The translations under genes were made by a program, and so were the position numbers. From the NCBI RefSeq assembly GCF_021378375.1, contig NZ_CP076228.1, positions 600,001-632,000 of the forward strand: 32,000 nucleotides of DNA, in the 5' to 3' direction. Shown here in pieces: positions 29,361-32,000 of the stretch (its first letter is position 1; each line of letters starts with the position of its first letter). The notes under the pieces were generated by a model, which was given only the letters and a program-made list of their open reading frames with translations, was not told the DNA's origin and did no database searches. The stretch comes from Wolbachia endosymbiont of Drosophila innubila. GTDB lineage: Bacteria; Pseudomonadota; Alphaproteobacteria; Rickettsiales; Anaplasmataceae.

Positions 29361-29789
29361 AAATCTTCTCCCCTTATTGAATACTCCAACATATCAGAGT
29401 AGAATATTACCGGTTGGTCCATTCTCTATACGCGGTCACTAAATTTTATAGGCCGCACGATGGTTTTCGGTGGCAGGGGCGATTAATCCTCCTTCACGAG
29501 GTCTTTTTCCTATACTGCAAAAAAGCAGAAAGGGCCTCTAGAAACATTTTCAATCTGCCACCTATCCACTCTGAAAGGTATTATCTTCTCATGCTTCCAA
29601 CCAAGCAATAACTATTCATACCATCTCATGGTGTTTACCGCCGCTTTTGTTAGTGTTATATACGGCGGTTACAAGATTTGTTTACCGCGGTGTTTAAAGT
29701 TGCTATACGTCGCGGTGAAGCTTTTATAATTGGCTATTCTGGCCCGGACTTGTTTACCGCGGCATTTGTAGTGCTGGTACCTAAATTTC

Positions 29790-30400
29790 TCAAATGCCAG
29801 ATTGCGCTCGGTTCTTGCTACCGCATCATTAAAATCTTCTGATGAACTTTGTGGTATTGTGCTGCAGTATCTCTGTCTTCTTCGTTCTCTCCGCCAGTAT
29901 CGACATTAATATCTCTTGCTTGTTTGCGTTTACATCCTGCTCAATAAATTCTCCTATCTTCTCTGGCATCTTTGACAAATTACACAATCTTATTACCTCT
30001 AATACTTCGCTTGGGCACCTCTCATAACCTTATTCGTTTTGATTCTTCCATTAACTCATCAGCATCGATGGTGGCCCTTATAGTTAAATTCAGCTTTACT
30101 CATATTGTTTCTCCTATCTATAAATTCAGAATATGTTATCACTTCATCAGCAAGTCAATCTCTATTGCTTTCTCACCAAAATATAGCCCTGCTTCCGTTG
30201 ATTTGATTTTTTTTTGCTACAAGCTCGACGAAATAGATTCCTATTTCTTTGCGGCTCATGCGGAAAGAGGTTGTTCGACAAAATTCCGGCATATTCCCTC
30301 TTTATATCGCCCAGGGCGGGATGTTGTGAGTAAATCATACTCCTTCATCCTTCTGTCCCTGTGCTTAAGCAAAAGTCCTCCACATCTTCTTGGCTGATTC
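29790..30400 (-). pseudogene. Phage S49-peptidase / minor capsid C-like 3' remnant
   Basis: Fragments STEAGLYFGEKAIEIDL and MSKAEFNYKG, then MPEKIGEFIEQD, ERTKKTEILQHNTTKFIRRF-like text in mixed frames; located upstream of the D-like gene as expected for the head module. Confidence 0.45.
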
Positions 30401-30900
30401 TATCATTTTTCGTTAGCAGCGCCTATGTAACAACCTATAAAAACCCTGAGGTGTCTGTAATTATATGCCTTTTCTACCCTTTACTTTTTTTTACTTCCAT
30501 CATGGCTTTTGATCCCCTTTTCTGTAGTCTTTACAGATTGACTATCTACTATACAGGCACTCGGCTGCTCATTCTTTCCTATTTTTCTTCTACTATATTT
30601 TTGTAATTTCATAATTCATTTTCTCAAAAATTCCCTGCTTCTTCCATTGCCTGAACTGCTCATACACAGTCTTCCATAGCGGAAAATCATTTGGTAAATA
30701 CTATAGAACCAACTTTTCAATACATTCATCAGCAGACCAATTGTTTTGCAACAATATCCAACCGAGAAACTCCTGCTTTAACCAAACCAGCAATTTTTTT
30801 TTTTCTGATTTTTACTTTTTTTTTTGACTAATTTTGGATAAATTTACAAAAACATCCTACGTAACTCTGGGATCATTAATCTTTTTATATTCTAGCACTA
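30400..30900 (-). pseudogene. IS5-family-like transposase remnant
   Basis: Minus translation gives WSADECIEKL, DFPLWKTVYEQFRQWKKQGIFEK, then KNEQPSACIVDSQSVKTTEKGIKSHG and KKVKGRKG, typical IS5-group motifs. Confidence 0.75.
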
Positions 30901-30919
30901 GATTTAATATTTCTCGGCC

Positions 30920-31140
30920 TCATTTTTAAAGCCGATTTTTCTCCTTTGATGCAATGAGATCGGTGGTAATACCCACTGACAATGCACCTGCTATAGCGTA
31001 CAACCTTTTGATTGAAATTCTACGATTCCCTTTCTCATATTGCAGTATTACCCAGTATTTTTACACCAGCTAAATCTTTCTGAGTATACCCCCTCTCTAA
31101 CCTCCAATCTTTTTCACTTTTTTCCCTACTTCATAGTCTA
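30920..31140 (-). pseudogene. XRE-type HTH regulator remnant
   Basis: Minus translation across frames: RLERGYTQKDLAG, YEKGNRRISIKRLYAIAGALSVGITTDLI. Confidence 0.6.
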
Positions 31141-32000
31141 GAATTTTTCCACGCAAAGAACCATACATATAATATTTTCTACTATAGCTCAAAGGGCTCC
31201 AGATATAATAGCCAGACTCTGAACCTTTAAATTGATGAATTAAAGTGCCCTACAAGTTTCTTTACTATTTTTCACGTACTTTGTCTGCCCATGAAAACAA
31301 TTTTTTCACTTACTTCCCTTCTGCTTTTCAATCCATATGTTGCACCTAGTGAAATTACCTCTCTACTGCTTCTTTAAGTTTACTCCTCAAAGAGACAGTT
31401 TTTCCTATTTCTTCTCTTTTTTTGTAATTCAGCCCACATTTCCTTGTTTTCTACTCTCAATTGTACTTGATCATATTTTTTACATCGTGGTACAATATAA
31501 TATTTAGCTTACCAATGCTTGTAGGGAAATTCTAATATAATAGAGCTTTCATCTGACATATCGATATAGTTTCTTATACCTTCTTCCTTTCTCACTTTTA
31601 ACCTCAACTGCATCATTTGCCAATTTTTAAAATATTACTTCCCAATTTACTTCAGTATTTTGGCTACCTCTACCTTGCTATCATCAGAAAAATTCTATAT
31701 ACGATGTTGTTGTATCTATCTCAACATCTATTAATTCTCTTCTTGCACAGCACTCACCAGCCTCTAGTTCTTCCCCAGTCTCTATCTATCTGTGGCTGAA
31801 CTTCACGCTGTAGCTCATTATAGATTTCACCTATTAGTTTATTCTGCAATAAAAGTATCATGAAAATCTGCACCACTTAGCATTAATTTGACGCATTATC
31901 TTTTTTCGATCAGTCTTATCAAATTTATGAAAATGCACCAATACTACATACTCTGCAATGCTCCATTCCCCATCGTTATATGCATTTATTCTTGCTCAAG

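Noticed and set aside
1-32000. tRNA or rRNA genes
   Set aside because: No cloverleaf with a convincing T-loop (GGTTCRAATCC) or rRNA signature was noticed by eye; a tRNAscan-SE/Infernal run would be decisive.

Overview
AT-rich, ankyrin-rich window that reads as a Wolbachia-type WO prophage island beside a chromosomal ppdK gene. Taxon and families are assigned from remembered family features; no database search was run. Layout: (1) 1-1401, pyruvate phosphate dikinase, minus, running off the left edge. (2) ~1609-1890, Rpn/PD-(D/E)XK transposase remnant. (3) ~1976-4143, degraded group II intron with a broken reverse transcriptase/maturase. (4) 4135-10166, two-gene minus-strand operon. Its 791-aa and 917-aa+ products resemble CifA and CifB (cytoplasmic incompatibility factors). 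The CifB-like protein keeps two PD-(D/E)XK cores and ends in a near-identical 45-aa TPR-like array. The CifA-like protein carries a 20-aa tandem repeat of SUMO-consensus-like motifs and a KKRPR motif. This is the most interesting locus here. (5) 10744-13343, LRR + ankyrin + coiled-coil fusion gene broken by frameshifts. (6) 13645-17730, further ankyrin or ankyrin-associated genes, one with C-terminal TM helices. (7) 18128-21292, WO serine recombinase with an internal deletion, a DUF2924 protein and ankyrin genes. (8) 21462-30400, WO tail, baseplate and head genes, mostly frameshifted. Two IS110-like elements and an IS5-like remnant lie in and around them. (9) ~30920-31140, XRE-type regulator remnant.
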